NCBI GenBank assembly: GCA_964549735.1
Contig: CAZJWO010000002.1
Span: 27,358-91,357 of the forward strand
DNA length: 64,000 bases
Origin: an uncultured Fibrobacteraceae bacterium
GTDB taxonomy: Bacteria > Krumholzibacteriota > Krumholzibacteriia > LZORAL124-64-63
Reading direction: 5' to 3'
Under the pieces are notes generated by a model that saw only the letters and a list, made by a program, of their open reading frames with translations, searched no databases and was not told where the DNA came from. Position numbers and translations under genes: made by a program. Below, piece after piece: positions 19,049 to 27,979 of this stretch (position 1 is its first letter; each line of letters starts with the position of its first letter).

Positions 19049-19648
19049 CTATTCGTGGCCCCACGGCGCGGGCGGCGCCGGCACGGGGCGGGTGAGGTCG
19101 AAATCGACGCGGAACTCGCGGCCCGCGCGGGTCAGCCGGTAGGTGAAGGTCTCGGGGTAGATGAACATGTGCCAGGTGTTGCCGATCGACTGCGGGATGC
19201 CGTGCGCGACGAACAGCTCCTTCGAGTACTGGTCGGCCGGGAAGGCCTGCACCGTAGCCCAGCCGGCGTCGACGGTGTGGCCGCCGTACATGGTCGATTC
19301 GTCGTCGCTGCCGTCCTCGCGCCGGTGGTCGTGCTTGAGCTGGATGCCCGAGCCGGTGCGCGTCAGGACCCAGGTGCGGGACCGGTCGTCGCCCACGTGG
19401 AAGGGGATCTTGATCACGTGCTCGCCGCACTCGCGCACGTGCATCACCAGGCGCTGCGTGGCGAACGACGCGTCGCTCGCGTTGCCCTCGACGACCTTGC
19501 CTTCGAAAGCCTGCCCGCAGAGCGTCCGCAGGTTCGCGAAGAACGCGTCGTGCGTGTCGATCGAGACGAGCGGCTGCGCCGCGAGCGGCGCGGCCAGCAG
19601 CGCCAGGCAGACAGCCAGTGCAGCCGGGTTCGGATTCGGCAGCGACAT
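19049..19648 (-). CDS. Secreted hypothetical protein, first gene of the iron-transporter operon
   Basis: MSLPNPNPAALAVCLALLAAPLAAQP signal peptide; 8-nt gap to the SBP gene; no motif recognised. Confidence 0.5.
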   Translation of the reverse strand: MSLPNPNPAALAVCLALLAAPLAAQPLVSIDTHDAFFANLRTLCGQAFEGKVVEGNASDASFATQRLVMHVRECGEHVIKIPFHVGDDRSRTWVLTRTGSGIQLKHDHRREDGSDDESTMYGGHTVDAGWATVQAFPADQYSKELFVAHGIPQSIGNTWHMFIYPETFTYRLTRAGREFRVDFDLTRPVPAPPAPWGHE

Positions 19649-19748
19649 CGTTCCCTCCTCGATTGCGGACCTTCCCGGAGCCGCACTCCCTGCGGCGGGT
19701 GTGCCGTACTTGCGTCAGCGGGTCACGAAAAGGCAAGATGGGCAGGCG

Positions 19749-20798
19749 TCAACCCTGGATGTCGAGGTTCGTCAGTCCGGCCTCGCGCGCCCACTGCACC
19801 GCCTCGGCATACTCCTGCCGCGTCAGACGCCGTGCGATCTCGGGATAGTCGAAGGCCCGGTACATCGGCCGGTACTGGGACATGACGTTGACGTAGGTGT
19901 CCTTGGGCAGGTTCTCGGCGATCCAGCCGACGACTTCGCGGGTGCCGCCGACGCGGTTGGGCATGACCAGATGCCGGATCATCAGACCGCGCCGCACCAG
20001 GCCGTCGCTATCGGGCCGGGCCACGCCCACCTGCCGATGCATCTCCAGCAACGCGGCCCGCGTCGCCTCGGGATAGGCGGCCGCGCCCGCCGAATAGCGA
20101 TCGGCCATCGCGGGATCGTCGTACTTGAAATCCGGCAGATAGACGTCCACGACACCGTCGAGCAGCCGCATGACCTCGAGGTTCTCCCAGCCGCAGGTGT
20201 TGTAGACCAAAGGCAGGCGCAGGCCACGGCCGGCGGCGAGATCCAGCGCGCGCAGGATGTGGGGCGCGTAGTGCGTCGGCGTCACCACGTTGACGTTGTG
20301 GCAGCCCCGGCGCTGCAGATCGAGCATCATGCGGGCGAGGTCCTCGAGGCTGCGCCGCGCGCCGTAGCCTTCGTGGCTGGTCTCCCAGTTGATGCAGAAG
20401 ACGCAGCGCAGGCTGCAGTGGCTGAAGAAGACCGTGCCGGAGCCGCCGCTGCCGACCAGCGGCCGCTCCTCGCCGAAATGCGGGTGGTGCGAGGAGATGA
20501 CGAGGTCGGCCGCCGCACCGCAGAACCCGACCTCGCCCTGCAGGCGGTCCGTTCCGCAGCGCCGCGGGCAGATCTCGCACTGGGCCAGCGAATCCCAGAG
20601 CCGCTCGGCGCGCCGGCGCAGTTCGCCCCCGCGGTGCAGCTCGAGATAGCGGGGTTCATAGCCAGGATCCACGGCCGGTTTCCGGTCTCCGAGGACGATC
20701 AAGGGGCTGGCGGCCGCACGCGCGCAGCACACGGCACCGGCCATCGCGGCGCAAGCGCCGGACTTGACGAATTCGCGGCGGGTGAACCTGCGGCCCAT
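19749..20798 (-). CDS. Radical SAM enzyme, PFL-activating-enzyme-like (AmmeMemoRadiSam-system-type), with a Tat-like N-terminus
   Basis: CxxxCxxC radical-SAM cluster CSLRCVFCINWE and an upstream N-terminal Cys motif CEICPRRCGTDRLQGEVGFCG. The N-terminus MGRRFTRREFVKSGACAAMAGAV looks like a twin-arginine signal. Confidence 0.7.
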   Translation of the reverse strand: MGRRFTRREFVKSGACAAMAGAVCCARAAASPLIVLGDRKPAVDPGYEPRYLELHRGGELRRRAERLWDSLAQCEICPRRCGTDRLQGEVGFCGAAADLVISSHHPHFGEERPLVGSGGSGTVFFSHCSLRCVFCINWETSHEGYGARRSLEDLARMMLDLQRRGCHNVNVVTPTHYAPHILRALDLAAGRGLRLPLVYNTCGWENLEVMRLLDGVVDVYLPDFKYDDPAMADRYSAGAAAYPEATRAALLEMHRQVGVARPDSDGLVRRGLMIRHLVMPNRVGGTREVVGWIAENLPKDTYVNVMSQYRPMYRAFDYPEIARRLTRQEYAEAVQWAREAGLTNLDIQG

Positions 20799-21070
20799 CT
20801 CCGGCGATCCTCGACGAGGTCCATGGTCCGAAGATGCCCGAGCGAGACGGTCCGGTCAAGCGATACCGGCCGGGCACGAGATCTGCGCCAGGCTGCGCGC
20901 GATCGCACGGAACCGCAAGAGTCGGGACCCAGGAGTTCGGCGAGGACATCATCGGATGACGTCGTCATGCGGGTCTGCACAAATCGAACATCCCAGTTTC
21001 CATTTGCGCAGCGCGAGACGACTGGACGCGACGAAGACATCACATCTCTCCCGTTATGGATCGAAAAAAA

Positions 21071-21956
21071 TGATGATGATCCCTCGTGCAATGCTATCGA
21101 CTCTCCAGCAACGCGCCGAGACGAACCAGGTCGTCACGCTGACCGGCCCCGTCAAGCCGGCAAGACGACTCTGGCCCGAGCGGCTTTCCCCAATCATCAA
21201 TATCTCGACCTCGAGGATCCCGAAGTCCGCGAATACGCGCGAACGGATCCGCAAGAATTCGTTCTTCAGATTAAAGATAAGGTTATCCTCGACGAGCCGC
21301 AGAAAGCGCCTGAGCTCTTGCCGTACCTCCAGGCTTCGTTCGCGGCCGCCGAACGCCGCGGTCGCTTCCTGTTGATCGCTTCTCGCAACCACATGCCGCT
21401 GCCTGCCGCTGCGTCGACGAACTTGCACCTTCTACCGCTCGCACACAGCGAGGTCGCGCGCACCAGGCCGTTGTATCTCAATAATCTCGGGTGGATTACG
21501 CCATTCCGGCAGCAACGTGGCAGCCAGCGACCCGATTTGCTGGATGTGCTTCTCGTTGGCGGATATCCGGCCGTCCATCGCCAGTGCCGCGGCTGCCCGC
21601 CGCCGGCAGCGACGCTGGCGGAAGACTGCGGCATCACCCATCCGACGGCGCGACGGTGGCTCGCGGTCCTCGAATCCAGCTGTCTGATCACCCTCGTCTG
21701 GCCTCATCGGCGGCACTTCCACACGCGCCAGGCGAAGAGTCCGAAGCTCTTCTTCCTCGATACGGGGCTGTTGTGCTATCTCCTGCGCATCCGCAACGCC
21801 AATGATCTGAGAACGCATCCGGGACGCTCGACGGTCTTCAAGTCGTTCGTCGTCTCGGAGTTCGCCAAGAACTTCTTGAACCGGCGGCTGACCGCCGGTC
21901 TGGCGTATTGGCGCGGCCCGCGCGGTCACCTCGTCCTGACGTGGTCGGCGCTTTGA
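21071..21956 (+). pseudogene. Decayed AAA+ ATPase of the DUF4143 / AAA_14 family (COG1373-like), frameshifted and truncated
   Basis: MLSTLQQRAETNQVVTLTGP is followed in the +1 frame by RQAGKTTLARAAFPNHQYLDLEDPE... (Walker A GPRQAGKTT split by a -1 shift in the C-run at ~21150). The later C-terminal motif KLFFLDTGLL is present. The product is ~295 aa instead of ~400 and ends abruptly. Local GC is markedly lower than the surroundings. Confidence 0.6.
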
Positions 21957-21996
21957 CGGCGACGGGCGCGATCAAGCGACCGACCGCTGTCTGAGG

Positions 21997-23562
21997 TCAA
22001 GGCGTGTAGGTCAGCGGCGCGCCCGGCCCGAGCGGCAGCTCCAGCAGCATCCAGATCACGAGCATCGGGATGCGCACCAGCGCGAAGACCACCGCGAACG
22101 GCAGCATCATGGAGATGATCGTGCCGATCCCGATGCTCTTCTGGTACTTCTGCGCGAACACGATGATCAGCGGGAAGTACGGCAAGAGCGGGGTCAGGAT
22201 GTTGCTGTACGAGTCGCCGATCCGGTAGGCCGCCTGGGTCAGCTCCGGCGAGTAGCCCATGAGCATGAGCATCGGCACGAAGATCGGCGCCATGATCGCC
22301 CACTTCGCCGACGCGCTGCCGATGACGATGTTGATCAACGACGCCACCAGGACGAAGACCACGATGAGCGGAATCCCGGTGAACCCCACCTGCTTGAGCA
22401 GGTCGGCGCCGCTGATCGCGAAGATCACGCCCAGGTTCGACCAGTTGAAATACGCCACGAACTGGGCCGCCACGAACGCGAGCACGATGTACGCGCCCAT
22501 GTCGGACATCGACTTGGCCGTCATCTCGGCGACCTGCTTGTCGCCGCGGATGCTGCCGGTGACCAACCCGAAGACGAGGCCCGGGATGAAGAACAGGAAC
22601 AGCATGATCGCCACGATGCTCGTGAACAGCGGGCTGAACGACGCGGGCGTCAGCTCGCTGCCGGCGCGGAAGATCGAGTCGGCGGGAATGGTCGCCCAGG
22701 CCAGCAGGCCCAGCAGGACCACGCCGGTCAGGTTGGCCCACAAGAGGCCCTTCTTCTCCAGCGGCGTCAACTGCTGGTTGTCGTCGCCGAGCGGAGTCTC
22801 GTCGTCGTACTTGCCCAGACGCGGTTCGAGGATCTTCTCGGTCACGAAGGTGCCGGCGAGACCCACGATCGGCACCGAGGCCGCGAGCAGGTACCAGTTC
22901 GCCGTGGCGTCGACGATGTACTCGGGGTCGATCATGCGGGCGGCGGGCTGGGTGAAACCGGCCATCAGGGGATCGAGGCTGGTCAGGAGGATGTTCGCGC
23001 CGAAGCCGCCCGAGACGCCGGCGAAGCCGGCGGCCAGGCCCGCCAGCGGATGGCGGCCCATGCTGTGGAAGATGACCGCGCCGAGCGGGATCAGCACGAC
23101 GTAGCCCGCGTCGGCGGCGACGCTCGAGAGCATGCCCGCAGTCACCAGCGCGAAGGTCACGAGCCGGCGCGGCATCGCCGACACGAACCCCTTCAGCGCG
23201 GCGGCGATCAGGCCCGAGCGCTCGGCCACGCCGATGCCCAGCATGACCGCCAGCACGAGGCCGAGCGGCGGGAAGTCGGTGAAGACCTTGACCATCTCGG
23301 TGAAGATGCGGCGCAGGCCGAGGCGGTCCAGGAGATTGACCGCGCGGATCGTCTCGCCCGTGCCGGGATGGACGGCCGCCGTGCCCAGCAGCGAGAAGAT
23401 CCACGAAGCCACGAGCACGATGCCGATCAGGATCGCGAAGAGCGTCACCGGCTGCGGCAGGCGGTTGCCCACCCGTTCGACGACGTCGAGAGCTTTCTGG
23501 ATCGGTCCGGATGGCGCTGGCGCGGGTTTCGCCGCACCGCCGCGATGGTCGAGGTTGCTCAT
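21997..23562 (-). CDS. AbgT-family transporter (p-aminobenzoyl-glutamate transporter-like)
   Basis: ~520 aa polytopic membrane protein. Start at MSNLDHRGG, N-terminal region KALDVVERVGNRLPQPVTLFAILIGIVL typical of AbgT/MtrF. Confidence 0.75.
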   Translation of the reverse strand: MSNLDHRGGAAKPAPAPSGPIQKALDVVERVGNRLPQPVTLFAILIGIVLVASWIFSLLGTAAVHPGTGETIRAVNLLDRLGLRRIFTEMVKVFTDFPPLGLVLAVMLGIGVAERSGLIAAALKGFVSAMPRRLVTFALVTAGMLSSVAADAGYVVLIPLGAVIFHSMGRHPLAGLAAGFAGVSGGFGANILLTSLDPLMAGFTQPAARMIDPEYIVDATANWYLLAASVPIVGLAGTFVTEKILEPRLGKYDDETPLGDDNQQLTPLEKKGLLWANLTGVVLLGLLAWATIPADSIFRAGSELTPASFSPLFTSIVAIMLFLFFIPGLVFGLVTGSIRGDKQVAEMTAKSMSDMGAYIVLAFVAAQFVAYFNWSNLGVIFAISGADLLKQVGFTGIPLIVVFVLVASLINIVIGSASAKWAIMAPIFVPMLMLMGYSPELTQAAYRIGDSYSNILTPLLPYFPLIIVFAQKYQKSIGIGTIISMMLPFAVVFALVRIPMLVIWMLLELPLGPGAPLTYTP

Positions 23563-23805
23563 CTCGTGTCCGCCTGTCCTTGTTCGTGTCTGGCCATCTG
23601 ACTGCCCGGCAGTCAAGGGCATGTGGACGCTGCCCGCAACTCGCGGCCGCAGGCGCATTCCCGTTGTCTAGCACGACCGCCAGGCCTGGGCAACCCAAAC
23701 CGGCCCGCCGGCGGCCGGCCGGAAACCTCGCGGCGCTGCGCGTCATCTGCAAGAGCGCGATGGCAGGTTGACCGTGGCCCCCGTAACCCGTTGCCAGCTC
23801 TACAA

Positions 23806-23847
23806 TTTCTGGAAATGTACAAAAATCCAGAAATAATCCAGAATTAT
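23806..23847. promoter_or_regulatory. AT-rich repeat cluster TTCTGGAA-N11-TCCAGAA-N4-TCCAGAA in the AbgT / fasciclin divergent promoter region
   Basis: Read from sequence; followed by TTGACA (23851-23856) and, 18 nt later, an ACAATA-type -10-like element ahead of the fasciclin gene. Confidence 0.35.
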
Positions 23848-23950
23848 ACCTTGACACATCTCAAAACCTGGACAATAATAGTCGCGTTATGAAAACCCTG
23901 ACGAGCAGGGCTTTCCAACAACGAACCGCAGACCAACGGAGAGTCTCGAC

Positions 23951-24610
23951 ATGAAGCGCTACCTGATGATCGCCTTGAGCCTGGTGGCCGTCCTCGGCCT
24001 CGCGGCCTGTTCCGACCAGACCAGCAGCATCACCGGCCCGTCCGCGGGCGACAATGCCGACAAGTCCGCCCCCCTCGCCATGAACAGCAACTTCCGCGCG
24101 CCGGCGCCCGGCGGCCAGACGATCGCCGAGATCGCCGACGCCGCGGGATTCACCCTGCTGCTCGCCGCCGTGGGCTACATCGCCGACACGAACCCGGACA
24201 GCCCCCTGGTGGCCGGCCTGCTGGATCGTTCCCAGCTGACCGTCTTCGCGCCGACGGATGAGGCGTTCGTCAACCTGGTCGAGGCGGTCGCGCCGCTGCT
24301 GAATCCCGATGTCCTGGACCAAGACGGCCCGTTCGCCGCCATCGATGATCTGCTGGGCTTCGGCACCATCGAGGCCGTCGTCGCCTACCACGTGACCGAG
24401 GGCCGCCGGGCCGCCAACAGCGTGGTCCCCCGCCGGGGCGAGCGCGTGATCAGCACGCTGCTCGAGGGCGCGACGTTCAGCGTCTCCGCCGCGGCGACCA
24501 TCACCGCCGTCGGCAACACGGCCAACATCGTCAGCCCCAACATCTCGGCCAGCAACGGCATCATCCATGTCATCGACGCCGTCATCCTGCCGGTGGACCT
24601 CGGTCTGTAG
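23951..24610 (+). CDS. Fasciclin (FAS1) domain lipoprotein
   Basis: Lipobox LGLAAC|S; FAS1 motifs TVFAPTDEAF and IIHVIDAVILP. Confidence 0.8.
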   Translation: MKRYLMIALSLVAVLGLAACSDQTSSITGPSAGDNADKSAPLAMNSNFRAPAPGGQTIAEIADAAGFTLLLAAVGYIADTNPDSPLVAGLLDRSQLTVFAPTDEAFVNLVEAVAPLLNPDVLDQDGPFAAIDDLLGFGTIEAVVAYHVTEGRRAANSVVPRRGERVISTLLEGATFSVSAAATITAVGNTANIVSPNISASNGIIHVIDAVILPVDLGL

Positions 24611-24637
24611 ACCCGGATCCGCGCGCAGCGAACGAAA

Positions 24638-24663
24638 GGCCGGACCTCTCGCGGGGTCCGGCC
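24638..24663. terminator. Bidirectional hairpin GGCCGGACC-tctcgcgg-GGTCCGGCC between convergent genes
   Basis: Perfect 9-bp GC-rich stem flanked by A-rich (CGAAA) and T-containing (TTCGCC) sequence, 28 nt after the fasciclin stop. Confidence 0.5.
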
Positions 24664-24684
24664 TTCGCCTGTCGGCCACGCCTT

Positions 24685-27600
24685 CTATCTGACGAGCACC
24701 ATCTTGCCGACGAGCGTCTGCCCGGCGGCGCGCAGCTCGTGGAAGTACACCCCGGACGCCGCCGCCCTGCCGCGGTCGTCCGTTCCGTCCCACGGGATCT
24801 CGTGCAGGCCGGCCGCGAGCCGGCCCGCGACCAGGGTCCGCACCAGCTCGCCGCGCAGGTTGAACACCTTCAGGCCGACCTCGCCGCTCTGCGGCAGGGT
24901 CAGGCGGATCGTGGTCGACGGGTTGAAGGGGTTGGGGAAATTCGTCGCCGCGAGCACGGCCTCGGGCGCCACGCCGGTCGGGATCGAGCCGCCGGCCTGG
25001 CCGAAGCTCGCCAGGATGTCCTGCAGGACGAGCGCGCGGGTCGCGACCGGGCCGTTGCCACCCCCGCCCGCTTGCTGATGAATGAACATGAAGTCATACG
25101 GCAAGTAGACGATCGTCGCGTCATCATCGGCGCGGTAGTTGCGCACCGCCGCCGCGTACGGATAGGGATCGTCGGTGCCGCCAGGCCCGGTGAAGCCTGC
25201 CAACCGCTCGGCAGTGCCCCAGGGCGCGACGGCGTCGAACGTATTGAGCCGCCGGCAGCCGCCGTAGACGATCCAGGCGTGGCTGTCGTCGAGCACGCCG
25301 TTGCCCGCGAGCGGCCGCACGAGCGGCGACGACTGATTGTCGATCAACGGCCGCAGGTTCGACGCCAGGTACGTCACGCCGAGGTAGTCTTGGCGGAACA
25401 CGAGGGCGGCGCCGTGGGTCTGGTGCAGCTCATAGGCGAGGTTGTCCCCGGTCAGGAGCGCCTTCTTGCTCCCCAGGGCGAACCAGGCCGTCAAGAGGCC
25501 GATGTCGTCGGCAGGGTTCGCGCCGTCGCCGACGCCGAGCATCCGGCCGGTTCCAGTGCTCGCTTCGCGGCGATCGCCGAACGTGACGAGCAAGACCTCA
25601 TAGCCGGCCAGTTGGGGCGCCGCGGCGCGGCCGCCGAGCGAATTGCCCATCTGTTCGCGCGCGGCCAAGGTGCGGTAGAGATCGACATCGACACCGGGAC
25701 GGTAGCCTAGCTGTGCGAGAGCATACAGCCACTCGTCCTGGCCACCGTCGGCCGGGAAGTGCTGAGACCAGGGCTTGTCCGAATTGTCCCACCACAGGAC
25801 TCCGGGCTGATCGCCCGGCTCGGCTGAACGCAACGTGGGCAGACCGCGCACGGTGAAGTTCCGGTCGAAACCGAAGAGCCGGTCGAAATCGCCGAAGTGT
25901 TCCAGATCCGCCGGCAGGCGGGTGGTGCCGACGCTGGAAGAATCATCGCCGAATATGTCCTGCGCCTCGATGTAGTAGTGCAGGATGTCGCCGGGGAAGA
26001 AGAAGTGCGCGTCCGGCAGATCGAAGTTCCAGCGATTCGGCACCAGCGAACCCTGGGCATTGTACGTTGGCAGGCCCTCCACATGGCCGCTGACGACCCC
26101 GCCAGCGAACGTCACGCCTTGCAGCACCGGATCGCTCAAGTCGCGCACCTCGTCGAAGAGCGGGTTCGTCTTCAGCGCGAAATGGAGCCGCGGCGGTCCG
26201 GCGAGCTGGAAACCCGCCCTGATCACCGCGATATCGACAGCGATCGAGTCGCCGGGCGTATTGCCGCCGTGCGACGGCGGCGAGATGTTGCTCGCCATGT
26301 CGAGCCGGATCGAGTTGGCGCCGAGTTCGACGAAGTCGAGCGTGCCGCTCGCGGGGAAGCTGTCCTGGAACAGATGGATGGCGCGCGCCGAAATGGCCGG
26401 TCCCCGGAACGGAAAGCCCAGCACCGCCACGTTGTCGAAATACGGGGCGGGAGTGCTGTCGGCGCCGATCAGCGAGGGACTCTGTCTTGCGCTGAGGGCG
26501 ACCTGCACATGGGTCCGGCCCGGCGCCAGGTAGGGGGTGATGTCGAAACGCTGGCGCTTGTACGTGGGTTCGGAGGAGAAGTAGAGCAAGCCGGTACTCA
26601 CCCAGGGAGCCGACGCGAGATCGGCCGGATCGCCGGTGTCGACCGACCTGACGGACCAGGTGTCGAAGGTCGGTGTCGTCGAGCCGCTGAAATCGATGAC
26701 GGTGTGTTGGTAGACATCGTAGGCGAGGATCAGGCCGTCGACGCTCTCGGGCACGACGAGCGGAGGGCTGATCACGCCGTTGTACAGGCGATCGTACCCG
26801 CCGAGCAGGCCGCCGGAATGATTGACGACGTACCCGCCTGGACCGTAGGTCCACGTCCAGCCGGTGGTGCCACCGGTGCCGGGCACCACGACGCCGTCGT
26901 CGATGAACGCCACCTGCGGGGAGAAATTAGCCACGCAGGGATCGAGATCCTGCAACGCGATGTACAGCGCCGCGAAATCGCCGACGCCCGGCAGATCGAC
27001 CACCCAATTGCCGAACGTCGAATTCTCGCCCGGTTGGTCGGGCTCGATCGCCTCGAAATCCTCGGTCTCGATCAACTCGCCGTCGACCCAGACGACGATG
27101 TCGTCGAGCTGCAGAGCCCCGCGCAAGGTCGGCGCCATGCCGTCCTCGTCGGAAAAGATGCCGTCCGAACGGAACCGGACCCGGAGTTCGATCCGATCGC
27201 CGGACGGGCCGCCGTAACTTGCGGGCGCATACACGAACGTCTCGTCGAACTGCGCCGTGCCCGACCCGTCGAACTCGGCAAGCACCACCCAGGCGCCGCC
27301 CTGCCGGTACTCCAGATAGCTGAAATCGTACCCGGGTTCGCTGTCATAGCAGATCGCCAGGCGCCAGCGGACCGTGCTGGCCGTGAGCGGATCGGCGACC
27401 GTATGCGCGAAGACCACCGCCTGGCGCCAGTCGTTGCCGTAACCCGGACCGGGCCACGGCGACCCGGCCGGAAAACGGCGGCCGAGCCATAGCGACCGCT
27501 GACCGCCGCATACCAGCGCGGGGTCGTCCGTCACCGACCAGTGATGGGCGGCATTGGCCGTGAAATCGACGCCAGTCCAGCCGTGCCAGGCCGGCGTTCC

Positions 27601-27804
27601 GCTCGCGGTCTGGAACCTCCCTTCGATCGTACCCGGGCCGCCCAGGAGAAAGCTCGTGTCTGGAGGTGCTTTCGCGAAGCCGACTGGCCGGCCACGCAGA
27701 TCATCGCCGGCATGGCTCGAGAGCGCGAGAGACGGCTGGCGCGCTTCGACGGTCGCCAGGCCCAGGCCGAGCATGATCAATAACGACGACGTGAAACGAT
27801 ACAT
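24685..27804 (-). CDS. Large secreted protein (1039 aa) with C-terminal T9SS-type / FlgD-Ig-like sorting domain; function unknown
   Basis: Signal peptide MYRFTSSLLIMLGLGLATVEA. C-terminus NFPNPFNPSTTIRLTLPQSGEVGLKVFNLRGELVRTL...HEIPWDGTDDRGRAAASGVYFHELRAAGQTLVGKMVLVR. Confidence 0.7.
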   Translation of the reverse strand: MYRFTSSLLIMLGLGLATVEARQPSLALSSHAGDDLRGRPVGFAKAPPDTSFLLGGPGTIEGRFQTASGTPAWHGWTGVDFTANAAHHWSVTDDPALVCGGQRSLWLGRRFPAGSPWPGPGYGNDWRQAVVFAHTVADPLTASTVRWRLAICYDSEPGYDFSYLEYRQGGAWVVLAEFDGSGTAQFDETFVYAPASYGGPSGDRIELRVRFRSDGIFSDEDGMAPTLRGALQLDDIVVWVDGELIETEDFEAIEPDQPGENSTFGNWVVDLPGVGDFAALYIALQDLDPCVANFSPQVAFIDDGVVVPGTGGTTGWTWTYGPGGYVVNHSGGLLGGYDRLYNGVISPPLVVPESVDGLILAYDVYQHTVIDFSGSTTPTFDTWSVRSVDTGDPADLASAPWVSTGLLYFSSEPTYKRQRFDITPYLAPGRTHVQVALSARQSPSLIGADSTPAPYFDNVAVLGFPFRGPAISARAIHLFQDSFPASGTLDFVELGANSIRLDMASNISPPSHGGNTPGDSIAVDIAVIRAGFQLAGPPRLHFALKTNPLFDEVRDLSDPVLQGVTFAGGVVSGHVEGLPTYNAQGSLVPNRWNFDLPDAHFFFPGDILHYYIEAQDIFGDDSSSVGTTRLPADLEHFGDFDRLFGFDRNFTVRGLPTLRSAEPGDQPGVLWWDNSDKPWSQHFPADGGQDEWLYALAQLGYRPGVDVDLYRTLAAREQMGNSLGGRAAAPQLAGYEVLLVTFGDRREASTGTGRMLGVGDGANPADDIGLLTAWFALGSKKALLTGDNLAYELHQTHGAALVFRQDYLGVTYLASNLRPLIDNQSSPLVRPLAGNGVLDDSHAWIVYGGCRRLNTFDAVAPWGTAERLAGFTGPGGTDDPYPYAAAVRNYRADDDATIVYLPYDFMFIHQQAGGGGNGPVATRALVLQDILASFGQAGGSIPTGVAPEAVLAATNFPNPFNPSTTIRLTLPQSGEVGLKVFNLRGELVRTLVAGRLAAGLHEIPWDGTDDRGRAAASGVYFHELRAAGQTLVGKMVLVR

Positions 27805-27837
27805 GGCGAACCTTTCGCCTGGCGAGATTCCGCCCGG

Positions 27838-27893
27838 TAGAAAAACAGGAGTTCCGATTCCGCAGCCACCGACACCTTAATAGACGGAACTCC
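27838..27893 (-). terminator. Stem-loop GGAGTTCCG...CGGAACTCC followed by UGUUUUUCU on the minus-strand transcript, downstream of the S8 peptidase gene. A second small UUCG-tetraloop hairpin (AGGATTA-ttcg-TAATCC) lies just 5' of it.
   Basis: 9-bp perfect stem with a U-tract on the coding (minus) strand. It sits only ~35 nt upstream of the next gene start, so it could alternatively be a 5'-UTR element. Confidence 0.4.
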
Positions 27894-27979
27894 TAATGGG
27901 ATTACGAATAATCCTATTGACTGACACCGCGCTTCGTATTGATCCCTCGGTTTCGCCGAGGGCCACGGTCAGGGCGCGC

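Noticed and set aside
16182-19142. Track ORFs 16182..17717(-), 16259..17074(+), 17273..18013(+), 17766..19142(+), 17962..18657(-) within the iron ABC operon
   Set aside because: All overlap the permease and substrate-binding-protein genes, which have clear transporter features. Compositionally aberrant.
19161-21956. 931-aa plus-strand ORF 19161..21956 as a single gene
   Set aside because: Its first ~1900 nt are antisense to the radical-SAM gene and the secreted protein gene and are Arg/Ala-rich. Only the last ~300 codons, where GC drops and AAA+ ATPase motifs appear, are credible. These were re-called as a frameshifted pseudogene starting at 21071.
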